A stretch of 64,000 bases of DNA from NCBI GenBank assembly GCA_964188305.1, contig OZ076899.1; one strand, given 5' to 3'. Numbering within the stretch: position 1 is the first letter of the stretch; every line of letters begins with the position of its first letter. The position numbers were made by a program, and so were the translations under genes. Below the pieces are notes generated by a model that was not told the origin of the DNA, searched no databases, and saw only the letters and a program-made list of their open reading frames with translations. Source of the stretch: Podarcis bocagei (Eukaryota). Below, one piece after another: positions 35,273-49,609 of this stretch.

Positions 35273-36941
35273 TCTATTAGCCTTGCTATAGATACTGAAA
35301 AGATGGAAGGGGTGAGAGAATAGATAGCGATCCATATTTTGTTGGTGCAGATGTGTGATTACACAAGGCAGAAGTCATGAACTAGAAAGAATAACCCCCT
35401 ATGTGCTCTTTCCAGTCATGGAGAATTAGAGTTGCTTTATTCTAAGTTCTCTATTCTGAGTGTGCTGCACAATTTATAATCCTAGTGCTCTAGATTTATT
35501 AGGATCAGAATTACAAATAGGGGCATGCAAACAAGTTCCTTTTTTTGGTTAGTAGAGACAGTGTGAGGCAGTGTGCAGTGCATTACCTGGAACACTGCAT
35601 TGCAGAGTATGGCCTAGTTGCACACCACTCTAAGCCAAAATTGAATCACAGGTTATTGAACAAATGGTGTGTAAACCACAAGTCGGTGTTTCAGTTGATT
35701 GCAGCGTGGCTTGTTTGTGTGTGGGGTGAGGGTAAGTTGTTGGGTCAGGTTAGCCATATTGATTTGTATGCTGTTGAGGGGGGAATAGGTAATTGTCCTG
35801 TTGTGGTGTGGAGGTGATGAAGGGGAGCCATAAAGGAGGAGAGGACTTAACCAGAAACCAGAGTTGGGGCAACATGCTAAGCCAAACCTTGATTTAGCTG
35901 CTGTGCTGGATTTAGCTAGAAAGATTTGGGAGGAGCAAAACAGCTGCAGTTTCTCCCTGGTAGCTCACACATTTGCACTAATCCATAGTTTGACTTAGCA
36001 TTGCGTGCGAATGTGGCAATTTTGGGGGGAGAGGGGTCCTTTCTAGAATAATAGAATGGCATTGTTTTCTAGGTTTGATACACACACACTTATTTTTGGT
36101 GCCTGCTAAAACATTTTTGTTTAGACAAGCCTACACAGATATCTAGAATGGTGATATATTGTTTAGCTTATTGCCTAATTTTTGAACGTTTTAAATAGTT
36201 GTTTCAATTATTTTTAAACAATAATTTTATCTTTTTATTCTCTCTGTAAACCTCTTTAAGGATTTTTTTTTTAAAAAAATCAAGCGATATATAAATTTTA
36301 CAAAATAAATATAGAACCAACAGAACTCATATTTTAGACTAGTAACTTATTTATATATTGATATCATACTGAAAATTATGTGTTTTTTGGGGAAACACTT
36401 TGCACATTGAAAGTGTTTGTCATTCAAAAACAAACAGTGTCCTAAAATTACAGTATTGAGTTTCTTTTGACCATCTGGCAACTACTTTTGTTTTGTTTCC
36501 ATTTTAAAAAAAGTAGAATGGAAACTTCACATCCTGAACATACATTCATAAGCTATCAAGAAAAAACAGGAGAATGCAATGTAGTTTATTATATATATTT
36601 CCTATCCTAAATCCCTTTTCAAAAAAACTTTATTTGAAGAGAGGATGTATACATGCTTTGATTAATTGTTTGCTTAGATTCCCTTTTCTTATCTCATATC
36701 AAGTCTCAAGGAGAAGTATTAAGATGTAATCATTTTGTTTTGACAACTAACTTTAAAAAACACACACCAAGATCTACGGAACCAATTTATTTTTGGCCTG
36801 CAATTCTTGGACTAGGAACTATGACCTATTGATATCCTTGCAGTCTAAAAGTTTGTAACTGCCTCCCACAATGTGGTATCTGGCACATGTTTTGGACCTC
36901 AGCTCCCATCAGCCACAGGCAGTGTGGACATTGGTCTAGGT

Positions 36942-37192
36942 CAGGGGTAGGCAACCTAAAGCCCGGGGGCTGGATCTGGCCCAATCGCCTTCTCAATCCG
37001 GCCCGCAGACGGTCCGGGAATCAGTGTGTTTTTACATGAGTAGAATGTGTCCTTTTATTTAAAATGCATCTCTGGGTTATTTGTGGGGCATAGGAATTTG
37101 TTCACCCCCCCCCCAAAAAAAATAGTCCGGCCCACCACATGGTCTGAGGGACGGTGGACCGGCCCACAGCTGAAAAAGGTTGCTGACCCCTG
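36942..37192. mobile_element. hAT (Charlie-like) MITE nested in an older short MITE (~36858-37262)
   Basis: TIR caggggtaggcaacct / aggttgctgacccctg; 8-bp TSD GTCTAGGT. Confidence 0.9.
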
Positions 37193-38650
37193 GTCTAGGT
37201 CCTAGGATGATGGGAAGTTGTAGTCCAACAACATCTGGAAGGCACCTTGTTGGGGAAGGCTGATTTACAGGATCAGGTCCACTGTGGCTAAGCTACTGAT
37301 TTAAACCAGCCTATAAATGTGTTGGTAGTGTCATTTGATTGCTGAGTGGAAATTTAAAAAGCAAGCAGGGTTGCTGTGGCCCTGAAGGTGTGACCTAATT
37401 TTCAAAACAGAGAAACAGTCTTTTTCTTAAAACTCTCTGAGAGAAACTTATTGGCCTTTTGCCACACACATGGCATTTTATATGTGACACACACACCACT
37501 GTGGAGTTGTGATAACTGAGGAAGGCTGTAATGAGTTATGCCAACTCAGAAATATAAGAATTGAATACTGTAAGAAGGTGGAGAGTCAGTCATTCAGTTT
37601 GGACCAAAAGCAGATGTAAAAATACCCCCATTAAAAATGGATAACCAGAAACCTTACAGCATCTTTAACCTCTGCATGATTCCCTGAGCACACAACAGAA
37701 CATGTCAAACTTCCAGTGATAGTTCTTTAATAACAAATATATAGTGGGTTGGATTGAATAATACCTTTTCCTGAGCCAGGGCATATGCATGGTAGAATGT
37801 GAAAATACATTTTCTTTTTTTGCCTACCCAGTCAGCCCTCCCTGCTTACGGGCTTCATGCAGGAGCATAGCATTTGAGTAGGGCCACTAAGTGTAAAAAC
37901 CAGTCTGCACAATCCTGCACATGGATGATTCCTGGATTTTATCTGGGGTAGAACTATGCTTTGGGACTATTCACTTCGGACTTCATGCTAGTAGGTTCTA
38001 ATTAAATGTTACTGTATGGATGACTGAGGACAGTGGAAAAGAGTTGTATAGGGAGTGAGATGATTGTGGTGGACTGGGGTAAGGTCTGATCCCAGCCCAA
38101 TTTGTATTAAGTGTTAAAATCACTCCTTACACTTTATTTTAGTAATCCTTTCAACAGTCCTAACAGACTAGTGTTATAATCCCTGTATTGTAGATGTGGG
38201 GCTAAAAAAATAGTGCTGTCCTTTAAATCATTTAGTTGGGTGAGATTTGATCTGGGGACTTCCCTGCACTAACAGCATCAGCTCCTAGGGAATTGATTGT
38301 AGATATGGACATTTACAAAGAGAAATCTTCCGCAGATAAAATGCCTAGTGTCTTGGCAATATTCTACTACCATTAAAACACAATGCAATACAATAATGCA
38401 TGACTTCAAGTTAAAATGCCTGTGCCACTCCACTGTGGAATGGAGCATATTCTGTCTGTGTTGATGCACCTAAATCCTATGGAAAACAAGGGGTCATAAT
38501 GAAACATTAAGCTGTAGGGCTTAAGTCCGATTAATTTAGTGAGAATTATGTATTCCTCTAACTTTCTCTGGATTGCACCCATTGTACTTAGCTACTCGTA
38601 AAACTGCGTTCCTGATTGTCAAATAATTATTCCCTTTTTTCTGTTGCCAG

Positions 38651-38716
38651 TACTTCAGCTAAGGCTACAGCAAAGGCGGACAAGAGAACAGCTGGTGGAT
38701 CAGGGAATCATGCCAC
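38651..38716 (+). CDS. MRTFB: MRTFB exon, RPEL1 (VLQLRLQQRRTREQLVDQGIMP)
   Basis: Acceptor ttttctgttgccag, donor gtaaga, 66 nt. Confidence 0.96.
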
Positions 38717-41188
38717 GTAAGACTAATTTTATTTTTTGCAGCTTGTGCAGCACTGAATTCTCAGACTTCTTGCTGAAGACAAAAGGAAATAACCAATAAC
38801 ATTTATGCCCCCCAGAAAACAAAGGGATAATCAAAATTATGTGCTTTCACTGTCTTTTTCTTTCTCAGACACACACACACACACAAATATTTCACCTTTG
38901 TGGAATTTGTCTACCATTTTTAAGTTTAGAAAAAACCTGGGAAAAATACAGATTTTTGTTAAAAACCAATAATATACTTCATTGAAGTATTATGGATTAA
39001 TTATAAATTCAATGAACAATAAAATGATTTATTGTCACATGTCTCTGTAATAGCTAATATTAGGATGTCCGTATGTGAATTTAGAATTACTGCTTCAGAA
39101 GCAACTAAAAAACCTTTATTGCTTGGAGATATATACTGTTTCTAAAACATGATTCAGTTGGTCAGAACCCAAAGATACCTTCCACATGAGAAAGTTGCGT
39201 AACACATGTGGAAGTTACGATGGAAAACCTAATCATGTGGAACTGGGTGGGTTTTTGGTGTAAGAGGCTAGAACGAGGGGCTGGTTTTGTAAGGTTGCTG
39301 AGTGGCGGTTTGGGAAGGGGTGGCCCAAGGCAAGAGTCTGGGTTGCACTTTTTAGTAGACTGCTTGGGTCTGTTTCCACTGCACTTTCAATAAACCTTAA
39401 AGATATGAGCCTCTTAGGGTGTGTAGGAAATGGGCTTTTTGTGTGCATTTTTAGAAACATCATATGCACTTTGTTTGCTGCTAATTGTTTTATTTTAGCT
39501 TTGCTATCTTGTGATAAATTTCGAGCAGGCTTGCTTTCCATGGAGTTTGTTCCTATTTATGTCTTCTTCTAAACTTTTCCTTCATTTGTGTGTTTGTGAG
39601 TTGGGTAGCTTATGTGTTTGGGTGGAGGAAGAGGTGGGTGAGGCGGGGGGAAAGAGATGCCTCAATCCGGACATTCAGTGGCAAAGTGGGATGCAGCACA
39701 GGTGGATGAAGAGAAGATAATAGCAAGCAGTTAATTGTGGTCTGTGGCCTTTTCTGTTCTACCAACCTGTCCTCCAGGCTGGTAGTGCTGTTGCTGTATG
39801 TCAGGTTGGTCATTGCCATTCCTTATTTACAATTTGATTTTGGGTGAAGGAGCTGACTTGGCATGCAGTACCATGATGTGAGTGTCTGTGCTAGGTGAGA
39901 CAGATTTCACTCAGTTTGTCCCCATGGTACTTGGTACAATATCAGCGTAGGCTTGGTGGATGACGCTTTGAGCGCAAGTGACATAAGTCTCATAACCAAG
40001 ACAACTGATGATAAAGGCATGTAATCTTAGCCCACCCTGTGCTGTTGGTGATAGCAGCAAAGAAAGCTGACTTCTGCCACCATTTCATCCTCCAGTACTC
40101 ATCCAGCAGAGTTTTTCTGTGATGAATGAGTTAAGATCTTGCCCTGTGAAAATGGCTTGGAACCCTCAGAAGCCTGCTATGACAAGTTTGCAAGGCATTT
40201 TGAGAGCAAAGTTATTTGCTGCCATTGTTAATACAGCTCTAGAGGAGGTGTTTAGATCCCCCTCAAGCCTGGATGTTTGGTATCAGTTTCAGATATCAGG
40301 GCCTGATGATGCAAAACAAGATGCTTGAGGATACTTGAAGATGTCAAACCTATCACATGCAGGTCTAACCCTTGCCCAGCTTGGGTTGTTAGAGCTAGCT
40401 GGGGTTTTGAATGAGCGAGCCCAGAGGGTATTTCATTCTTCATTGCAGGAGTAGGTAATGCCTGCTGCATTAGAGGTGGCAGTAGTGCACCCTCTCCTCA
40501 AGAGATCTGCCTGGATTCTAGAGGTTTGCTCAAGTACCACCCAGTTACAAAGATTCCCCTTTCGACAAGATGCTTGAGAAGGTGGTGGCTGCTCAACTTC
40601 ATATGCATGTGGAGGAAGCAGGCGAAATTATGTTGTTGGGGAACTCCTGAGTACAACCAATCCCTGGCAAAAGTGAGGTTGCCAGTCAGCTAATCAGTGC
40701 TAACTGGGAGTCCCTTTTGGCAGGGATGGGGAAAGAGTAATACAAGCGAAGGGGGAGAATAATGAGAGTGCATGAACATTATTTTTGTTGATGTAAGGCA
40801 GACACCTGAACCAACTTATTATTTTCCATACACATATATTTGGTTTTTGTTTGCCGTTTCTACACAATTATCACCTCTTGCTCTAATTCCTACCGGTATA
40901 TAGAGGGAAATTAATCCAAGCACCTCATTTTTCTGCTCATGGTCTTTTAGAACCCAGTCAATATTAATGATGTTCATTGAACTTATTGGTCGATGTAGAT
41001 TTTATTATTACTAACGAAAGGCCCGTCATTATGACAGGTGGGGGAGGGCAACAAAGAGCAGGCCATATACTGTGGATAGAACACATTCAATGTTAGTTAG
41101 TAGAAACAAATATCAAGGAGTATAAAGTATCTGTCTTTACCAGTATGTTCTGATAGTTTCATGTCAGTCTTTTACTTCTCCGTTGTAG

Positions 41189-41244
41189 CTTTGAAGAGCC
41201 CAGCTGCATTCCATGAGCAGATAAAGAGCTTGGAAAGAGCCAGG
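41189..41244 (+). CDS. MRTFB: MRTFB exon (PLKSPAAFHEQIKSLERAR)
   Basis: Acceptor cttctccgttgtag, donor gtaagg, 56 nt. Confidence 0.96.
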
Positions 41245-42454
41245 GTAAGGATTCAAGTTTAAACGTGTTGCTTCATTCTTCACATATATTTGCATTTGGA
41301 AAGGGTGAGATATGCAAGATATGTGAAACAAGATGAAACAAAACTAGATTATAATCTCTGGAACTAAATTTTGGGGTCATTTTTAATGAAATTTAAAGTC
41401 CTACAGTAACTAATACAAACAAGCCAAAAACAGGCAACAGAATGATTACTTGTAATATTCTTCAGCCCTTTCCCCAGTCACCCTCATCTTCCACTGAATA
41501 TAGATTTACAGTAGATAATCCCAGCTGAGATTCATTTTCTGTCCAAACAAACCACAATGATGTAAAGCCAAGGGTTGTTCTTGGCTTACGAATTGTGGTT
41601 TGTCTGGTAGAAGCAAACCCAGAGCACTGGTTTGCATGTCCCTCTAAGCCAAGGCTCATGATTTGTTACTCCTGGCCCAACAAAATGAGCATTAGTACAC
41701 TGCTCATTCACAGTAAGCCATGGTTTATGGTTTACCATGATAGGTGCCAGTGTGTTTCATTGTAATGCAATATAGGACTCAATCATAGAGCAGCTTAAAC
41801 TCAGTGCTGCTTAATGACATTCAGGGGGAAATGCTGACTTGTATTTCCTGTGGTAAGTGTGTTGCGTATTCACATTCAATCTGCTCAATAGAAGTGGCCT
41901 TAAAAAATGGGCAAACTGCACTATTGGGAAGTCATTATTGTATTTAAAAAATCAAACCGTTCAAAAACACCATAAAGTCTGGTGGTTGTAACTGCTGACT
42001 TGCTAGGAATCCTAAATTAGATTTATACCACATTTTGTTCACTAGCGTCACTATGTAGAGGAATAGGTTTGAAATACGTCATCTACAAAGAGTAAATTTG
42101 TATGAGTTGGATCTTGGATTGTAAAATGTGAAGGGGAGAAGTCTGCATTTTATCCCTTATTGTGTGAGTTGCCAAGAACCTGATGTTCTGTAGTATTCTC
42201 TAAATGATTTAATAATAAACATAAAACATAATCTTCTGATGTAAGGCAACGTCTTGCAAAACATTCTCAGATGGTTACTTTTTTTCTGTGACCAAAGAAT
42301 TTTAATAATTTCCTTCAATGACAGCCGTTCAGGACTGCAATAAAGACATGTACTCTGAAAGCCATTTCCCAAAAATGTTTCCTTAAAGTGAACTGTTTGG
42401 GGTGAATTGCCAGTAAATGTGGTATATTTAATGTTCATGCATTTTTTCCTTCAG

Positions 42455-42530
42455 ACTGAAAATTTTCTGAAGCACAAGATACGCAGTAGACCTGATAGAT
42501 CAGAGTTGGTCAGAATGCACATTCTTGAAG
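42455..42530 (+). CDS. MRTFB: MRTFB exon, RPEL2 (TENFLKHKIRSRPDRSELVRMHILE)
   Basis: Acceptor ttttccttcag, donor gtgagg, 76 nt. Confidence 0.96.
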
Positions 42531-43043
42531 GTGAGGACCCTGAGGTCATATTTTCTGGCTGAACATTTTAAAACGCTCAATATGGCTTCAGAACTTGATT
42601 ATATTCCAAACCTTTAGAAAAGCCAATGAATCTCCCTTGATAAAACCAATTATTAATATGTGTTGATAAAATCTAATTTACTCGATTTACATAGTTAACA
42701 ATCTTTGATTTAAGGTAAAGTGGATATTAGGGACATTAACTGTGTTGTGGTGTTTCTAGACCTCTTAATAAAGAATATTTATCTGCTTGTTTCAAAAATA
42801 TATACTTTGATTTCTGCTTCAAAAACAAATGTAGCTGCAAAGATTGTACAGTGCCAGAAATGCATAGCTTGTGGTGAACTGTGATAGCCATTTAAAATGG
42901 TCAGCAAATGCTCTCTAGAAATGCATGAATAATGTGATCTAGATGTTGAAAATATGGTTGTAATATTAAAATCAAAACAAATGTTCATAAAAAGGAGTTG
43001 GAAATTGTATAGTTCTTTTTAAAATGTGTCCCCTTTCTTCCAG

Positions 43044-43205
43044 AGACCTTTGCGGAACCCTCTCTACAGGCAACTCAGATGAAACTGAAAAGAGCACGAT
43101 TGGCAGATGATCTGAATGAAAAAATTGCTCAGAGGCCTGGTCCTATGGAACTTGTAGAAAAAAACATCCTTCCTGTAGACTCCAGTGTCAAAGAAGCGAT
43201 TATAG
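43044..43205 (+). CDS. MRTFB: MRTFB exon, RPEL3 (ETFAEPSLQATQMKLKRARLADDLNEKIAQRPGPMELVEKNILPVDSSVKEAII)
   Basis: Acceptor ctttcttccag; ends at a non-canonical GC donor (ATAG|GCAAGT); phase 1 fits the next exon. Confidence 0.93.
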
Positions 43206-43244
43206 GCAAGTAGGGAAGCTATGACATCATCAACACCATCATCA

Positions 43245-43517
43245 TTTATTATTTATACCCCGCCCACCTGGCTGGGTTTCCCCAGCCACTCTGGGCGGCT
43301 CCCAACCAGATATTAAAAACACAATACAGCATTAAACATTAAAAACTTCCCTAAACAGGGCTGCCTTCAGATGTCTTTTAAAAGCTTTTCCCCTTGACAT
43401 CTGATGGGAGGATGTTCCACAGGGCAGGCGCCACTACCAAGAAGGCCCTCTGTCTGGTTCCCTGTAACCTCACTTCTCGCAGTGAGGGAACCGCCAGAAG
43501 GCCCTCGGTGCTGGACA
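43245..43517 (-). mobile_element. L2 3' fragment
   Basis: Minus strand encodes RAFLVVAPALWNILP; L2 terminal motif GGGCGGGGTATAAAT. Confidence 0.85.
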
Positions 43518-43912
43518 TGGGTCTATTGATGCAGAAAAGAATGAGAGGTGAAAACCTGAGCTTTAAAGGACCTTCCAAGTTATGAGGTTTTGAAAATATA
43601 CGTTTAAAAAGGTGCATTTGTGAAGTCATTTGTTGTAGAAGATCCAGATGGTTTCCCTCAAAAAGCATTTTTAATCATAATTTATTTATTTTAAATAATA
43701 ATAATAAATTAAAAATAAAAATGTGTGCCCCACCCCCAGACCATTCCATTCTAACTATCCAACCTCCCAAAATTTTAACACCTCTTGCGATGCTTTGACC
43801 CTTTCCATTTTAACGGTACAAATTCTACAAATACCTTCCTCAAAATAATTTCACCTGCATATTTCCCGTCTTAGCACATGTTAATTTATCATTAATAGCT
43901 ATGGCTATCTTA

Positions 43913-44414
43913 CCGTATTTTTCGCCCCATAGGACTCACTGGCCCCTAGGACACACCTAGTTTTTTTGGGGGGAAATAAAGGGGAAAAATTTTATTTCCC
44001 CCCCCCAGGTGCGCTGCGCTAATCCCGAAGCTTGGGGCGTGCGGAGTTCAGCGCGCCCCAAGCTTCTGGGTGCTGGCAAGGTCTCCGCTAGCCGTGGGAG
44101 AGCCGCACGACTTCGCACGGCTCTCCCAGGGCTAGCGGAGCGCTGCGCTAACCCCGAAGCTTGGGGCGTGCAGAGCTCAGCGCGCCCCAAGCTTCTGGGT
44201 GCAGGCAAGATCTCCGCTAGCCCTGGGAGAGCTGGGTCTCCCACAGCTAGCGGATAGCTTCCTGAAGCCTGGAGAGCGAGAGGGGTCGGTGCTCACTGAC
44301 CCCCCTCGCTCTCCAGGCTTCAGCGAAAGCCTGCATTCGCCCCATAGGACGCACACACATTTCCCCTTCATTTTTGGAGGGGAAAAAGTGCGTCTTATAG
44401 GGCGAAAAATACGG
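43913..44414. mobile_element. Tc1/mariner-type MITE (CCGTATTTTTC family) with an internal ~120-bp duplication
   Basis: TIR ccgtatttttcgccc / gggcgaaaaatacgg; TA TSD; CpG-rich. Confidence 0.9.
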
Positions 44415-45971
44415 TAATTTATTTCTGTGAGTATAAATACCTGTGTTGTGACTCACATATTTATTTATATGTTTGTTCTGCTGGTGTTGTGGTTGTCATC
44501 AACGGAAATGCAAAGCATATTTTTTTGCAAACACAATTATTAATTGATAAAGATTTGTCTTTCAGTGTCATCTGCTTCCTTTGTGGGGTTTTTTTTTGTT
44601 CCCTTTTCATTCTCTGTGTCCCTTACAGTTGGAGGTGCTGTATATCTGACACTCATTGGATAGTACCTATGACGTCACTAGTGATGTCACTAGTGGCACA
44701 ACTCCTTTCCATGATATCCAAGCCATTTTGTGTCCTTTAAAATTTTGAGAAGCATTTCTTACACCACCTCATTTTTAAAAAATACTAAATACTCTGCACT
44801 CCTCTCCAGATCTGAAACACATGTTTCCCTTATACTTTCCCCCCAAAAGCAAAACACATAGATGTAGTTATGTCCCACAGCAATGCTACCATTTGCCCCT
44901 TGTTCATTTTGTGGAACAGGATACTGACACCAGACCAGAGATTGTTCTATTTTAAAACTAATGGGGAAAATAGCAGTATATTAAAGGAATCCTAAGAGCA
45001 TATTTAAATGTCTGTTTTGTGGAACTGTGGACCTGCAGTCAGTGCACATTTGAGCCCCACATTCCACATACATATGTCATTCAGATTATGTCACTCTCGC
45101 ACTTGCACTTGAAAGAAAATGAGCTTGTTTTTTCAAGGTACACATGACATTCTCCACTACCCTGATTTTTTAATCTTTCTTCAATATGATAATAAGTAAG
45201 CCAGTTACTGCCTTCAAGAGTACTGCTTTGTCCTCATCCTCAGCTACAGGAGAGGTTCCCCCCACCCCGCTTTTCCTAGAACACATTCATTTAATCAGGT
45301 TAGTCTTTCTTATTACCCTCTCAGTTTTGTTCTGCTTAATATTTAACTTACGGCATAAAGCATGTTTTGTTTTATGGAATAGTTGCACAGAATGTGCAGT
45401 GTAAATCAAATTTCTCAGTAGTAATTAGGAAAAAAATAGGAAAAAATGCAGCCAAACTAGACACAACAGGGCCATTGTTCCTGGCCTGCCCTGTTCTCTC
45501 ATATAAAGGAGGAAGTGGAGGACATGGAAGAGGGGAGCCAAATGCCCCCATACCTTGCTTCTACACAGTTTGTTGCTCCAGACACTTTCTTTATTTTCTT
45601 GACCTCAATACTGAGTCAGAAATGGAGAAGATTACCTGGAGAATACAGATTATCCTCATTAAAACATGGAACCAAGGAAAGTTTAGCACCTCTCTGCCAT
45701 GCACTCTTGTACTATTAAAATCTCCAACCTGTTTTATGTCGAACTGGAATAGACATATGATGAAAACAAGTGTCCAACGCTGCTTTGTTTAGTTTGGCCC
45801 AAACTCACACAAAGAAGACCTTCATACAAGAAGGTCTGTTACTTGTGAAATGTCCACAGGTCTTCACCGAATGAGTGCTGGATACATGTAAAAAACAATA
45901 AAAGTATATTGTTTCTTCATTATCATGGCATTAAAAGGTGATTTCTCTCACACACACCCCTTTCATTTTAG

Positions 45972-46150
45972 CGGTTGGTCAGGAGAACTATCCTCAAGGA
46001 TTGGATGAATCCTTTGATGAAGACAGCAGTGATGCTTTATCTCCAGATCAGCCTGCTAGTCAGGAATCCCAGGGCTCGGCAGCATCCCCTGGTGAGCCCA
46101 AAACAAGAGAGGCACCATCTCCAGTCTTGCCAACCCCCGCTACTAATCAG
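45972..46150 (+). CDS. MRTFB: MRTFB exon (AVGQENYPQG...FDEDSSDALSPDQPASQESQGSAASP...)
   Basis: Acceptor tttcattttag, donor gtaaag, 179 nt; conserved FDEDSSDALSPDQPAS motif. Confidence 0.95.
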
Positions 46151-48619
46151 GTAAAGTGTCTTGATTCCATGCCATAACCTTAGTTATTGTCATATTTTGC
46201 TGTTAACCAAGCATTCTTAAGATATTCTTTCTCTATTTGATAAATGTCTGTTGTGTTTTATGAAAACCCTGAAGTTTTGGTGGGTAGAAAATGTTCATTA
46301 CTTCAAGCAAGTCTGTCCATTTTTGTTAGATGCATATGCTCAGCAGGTAGATATCAAACTCTGCCCTGTCGTTCTTCAATATGAGCGCCAACATGCATAA
46401 TAGTCAGGGATTTCTGTGCCAAGAAAAAACCCGGAATCCGTATATTTTCCATACAACTTACATATAGTGGCTTCCTTTGCTTACTTTCTTTTTCTTCCCA
46501 AGCTTAATGGCAATGAAGGGATTGCAGAGGGGGGAGGGAGTGTTAACTCTCTCCTCTTCAGCCGTGACCACCCTCTTGAAATCTTCCCCTGTTGCAAATT
46601 GGCTTGGAAGAAGCCTTCTGTTGGCTTTAATAAAAGACTCCACACACCCACACCCCAGCTTGGTTATTGTATGTGGTGGTGGTAGGATCTTTTTGGAGAG
46701 TGCAGATGTGGAGCTCAAAAAGGTTGAACCTGTGATATCTTGATGTCTGTAGATGAAAGTGCTGGACCTTTTTGATTCATCTAGAATAAATACACACAGC
46801 ACTGTGGCCGGGAAATCTGTTAAATAAGTATCTGTTAACTATCCACACATCACATAGAATGGCCATAGCATATTTATTTTTAGATGCAGTGTCTTTAAAA
46901 TGTGACGTGGAAGATCATTTTGACTGGAAATGAATTCTCTTCTCCTTTTTACAGTTGTACTTGGGCTGAAAAATCTCCCTTGTTATTATTATTACTCAGA
47001 TTTGCTGGAAATCTCTGTCTGTGGTGTCATAGCTGTTTCTTCTCTCTTCATGGTCTAGATATTTAACATTTCTTCATATGTGCAATCAAATAGTTAGCCA
47101 AGAACATAAATTTCTTTTCGTTACCGTTAGTACAAAAATAAATTAGATTATTTTCCTTTTAAAAACTAAAAGCAGGATGAAAAAGTGATTGCACAACACA
47201 AGGTGTTCCTTGCTATCATGCTCTTCCCAACTAGTTTTGAAGTAACATTTAAGAACACTTTTATTCATTTAGGTCCATTGAGAAACACTTGTAAATTAAG
47301 TATTTCAGTGCTGGAAATTGTAGGTTTTTCTTGCAGAGGTTTTCTCTTGTGGTTAACGATTTTTGTGTAAAATTGCTAAATCCAATCTTTACCATGCTCC
47401 CTTGAGACCAGACCAGATATTACACAATAGATTCATGTAACTATGTATGACTGATTGGATTTTAATTACAAGTAATTTCAGATGGATGGCAGTTTAAATG
47501 GAGGAATTTCACAGAGAGGGGCTGCTTAGTTCTCTTCTACCCATTGGGGGGAAAATAGGGATATAGACAGCTTGGGGCAGGAGTTGACTTTGAGCAGCAA
47601 AATAGCTTATAGAGGGAGGCACTGGGAAACTCTTGCACACATCTCCCTTATAGTATCCAGTTTATCTTTACATGAAATATGAAGAATTTCATATCCTCTA
47701 TCATTTGTATATGATTTAAGCAGTGTAATTACTTTTAAATATTTGAGCAATGCACCCTTGATCTAAATTTTTCCCTTACTGTTTTCTCCACATTTTACAC
47801 ACTCTCTCTCTCTCTCTCACGCACACAAACACACGAAATGCCCAGTGCTGCCCAGGAATTTGAAGGCATTAAAATATATTGTAATTTTTAAATGAATAGT
47901 GTAATTTGGGGGTTTGGAGGTTGTGTGCACACACACACGCCAACTCAGGACTCCAACCTGACCTGGGGAAGAAGCTGAACTGGCACAGAATAATAATAAT
48001 AAAATGTTGGGGAGCTAATATTTAATTATGGTTACTTTGGCCCACCATCTTGATTCAAAATGGTGCCTGGCATCCAAACATAGATGAAGACTGGGGATGA
48101 TATTTCCAGACATTTGTGCAGGTTAATGCCATCCTGCCAAATTGGGCAGCAAAACCTTCAAAGCTATCCAGATTGGCACAGGTTACTGTCACACCAACAT
48201 TTGTGAAGACCTGCCAAATGGTATGATGAAATTTTCAGAGGTGTCAAAAGTAGTGGACCCAACCTATGCCAAAAAAGAGCAAAATCATGCCAGAGTGATG
48301 TTTTGATGTGCTATCTTGATTCAGAATGTTGTCCGGCATCCAAAGTTGCTTTTTTTAAAAAAACAAACTTGTCCAGAGAAAAAACAAGCAAACATGGTTA
48401 CAAAATAGAGAGGACAATGATTCCCATTTTAAGTAATCCACATCTTTATTATGTAACCAAAGGCCATCAGGACCAGGGCAAGAGCACAGTGGCTGCAGTC
48501 TTCACTCTGGGAACACATGTTTTCTCCTTTGCACTAAGTCATGGTTTGGCTTAGCAAATCAAATCTGTATATCCTTGCCTCTCTAACAGGAATTTTGTTC
48601 AGAATGCCTGCCTGCCAGC

Positions 48620-48682
48620 CAGTGGTGTCCGCCTCTTCATGACCCCTGGACCAGAGCACGCCAGGCACTCCTGTTTTCCCTC
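48620..48682 (-). mobile_element. RTE-BovB 3' end fragment
   Basis: gtgtccgcctcttcatgacccctggaccagagcacgccaggc, the same family as 35208. Confidence 0.6.
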
Positions 48683-49609
48683 CTCCAGCAGGCCATTCCA
48701 TCCCCGTCCACCTCTCTTCTCCTTTTTCCATGTTTTCCCTTTTCCCAACTGATACTATGTCTGTGACTAATGAGCTTGTACAATCCTTACAAGGCTGGGT
48801 TTCTTTGGGTGGGGTGGGGGTCAACTCCATCATTATGATCATCATCAAAATCATCATTATTTGTAGTTCTGCAAATAGTGTTCTGGGGGTTTCCCCAAGT
48901 ATTCTGATTCCTCCCGTTTTTCAATGATTTCATTTTGACTCCACTTCTATTGACAGTCACTGCCTGAATGCACAAGGAGAAGAAATGACAAATTGTCATT
49001 AATAACGTTACAAATATTTGTTAAATGCACTTTTGTAGGCTTAATTTTTTGTTTAATTTTGCCAAATTAAAATGTAATTCATGCAGCCAGTATGCTTGCA
49101 GCTGGTGAGTGCTGGGAACATTGTTTTCAGCAGTCCTAGTGCTTTGACCTAGAGAAAACTTGGCAGCAGTGGGATAGATTGGAGGAACCAGACCCTGAGT
49201 GTGGAGGGAAACCCTGGCCACACTCAACAAAATGTTCTCAACCTTTAGCATGAATTTACTCTCTCTGACATGCTATTTCCAGTGACTTTTTCTGATGAAT
49301 TTGGATACTTTCAGTAGCAAAAGGAAGACACAAACCTTTTAAGGGGGGGGGGGTGTTTAATTCTACAGGCCACTTAAAAAAATATTTTATTGATTTTTCA
49401 AAATTCTACTGGCGACTCTTGAGACATAAATGTATCTAGAGTAAGACTTTCCTTTGGTTGCTCTTTTTGAGAATTTTTGGAGAATTTTGTGGCTCTAGTT
49501 CTTTTGGGGAAATATGTGTGATGTAAATTCTTTTAGAAAAGCCAATGCCAATGTAGAAAAAATGTTTGGGCAGTAGTTACTCATTTTGTTTTGTTTTCTT
49601 TATTATCAG

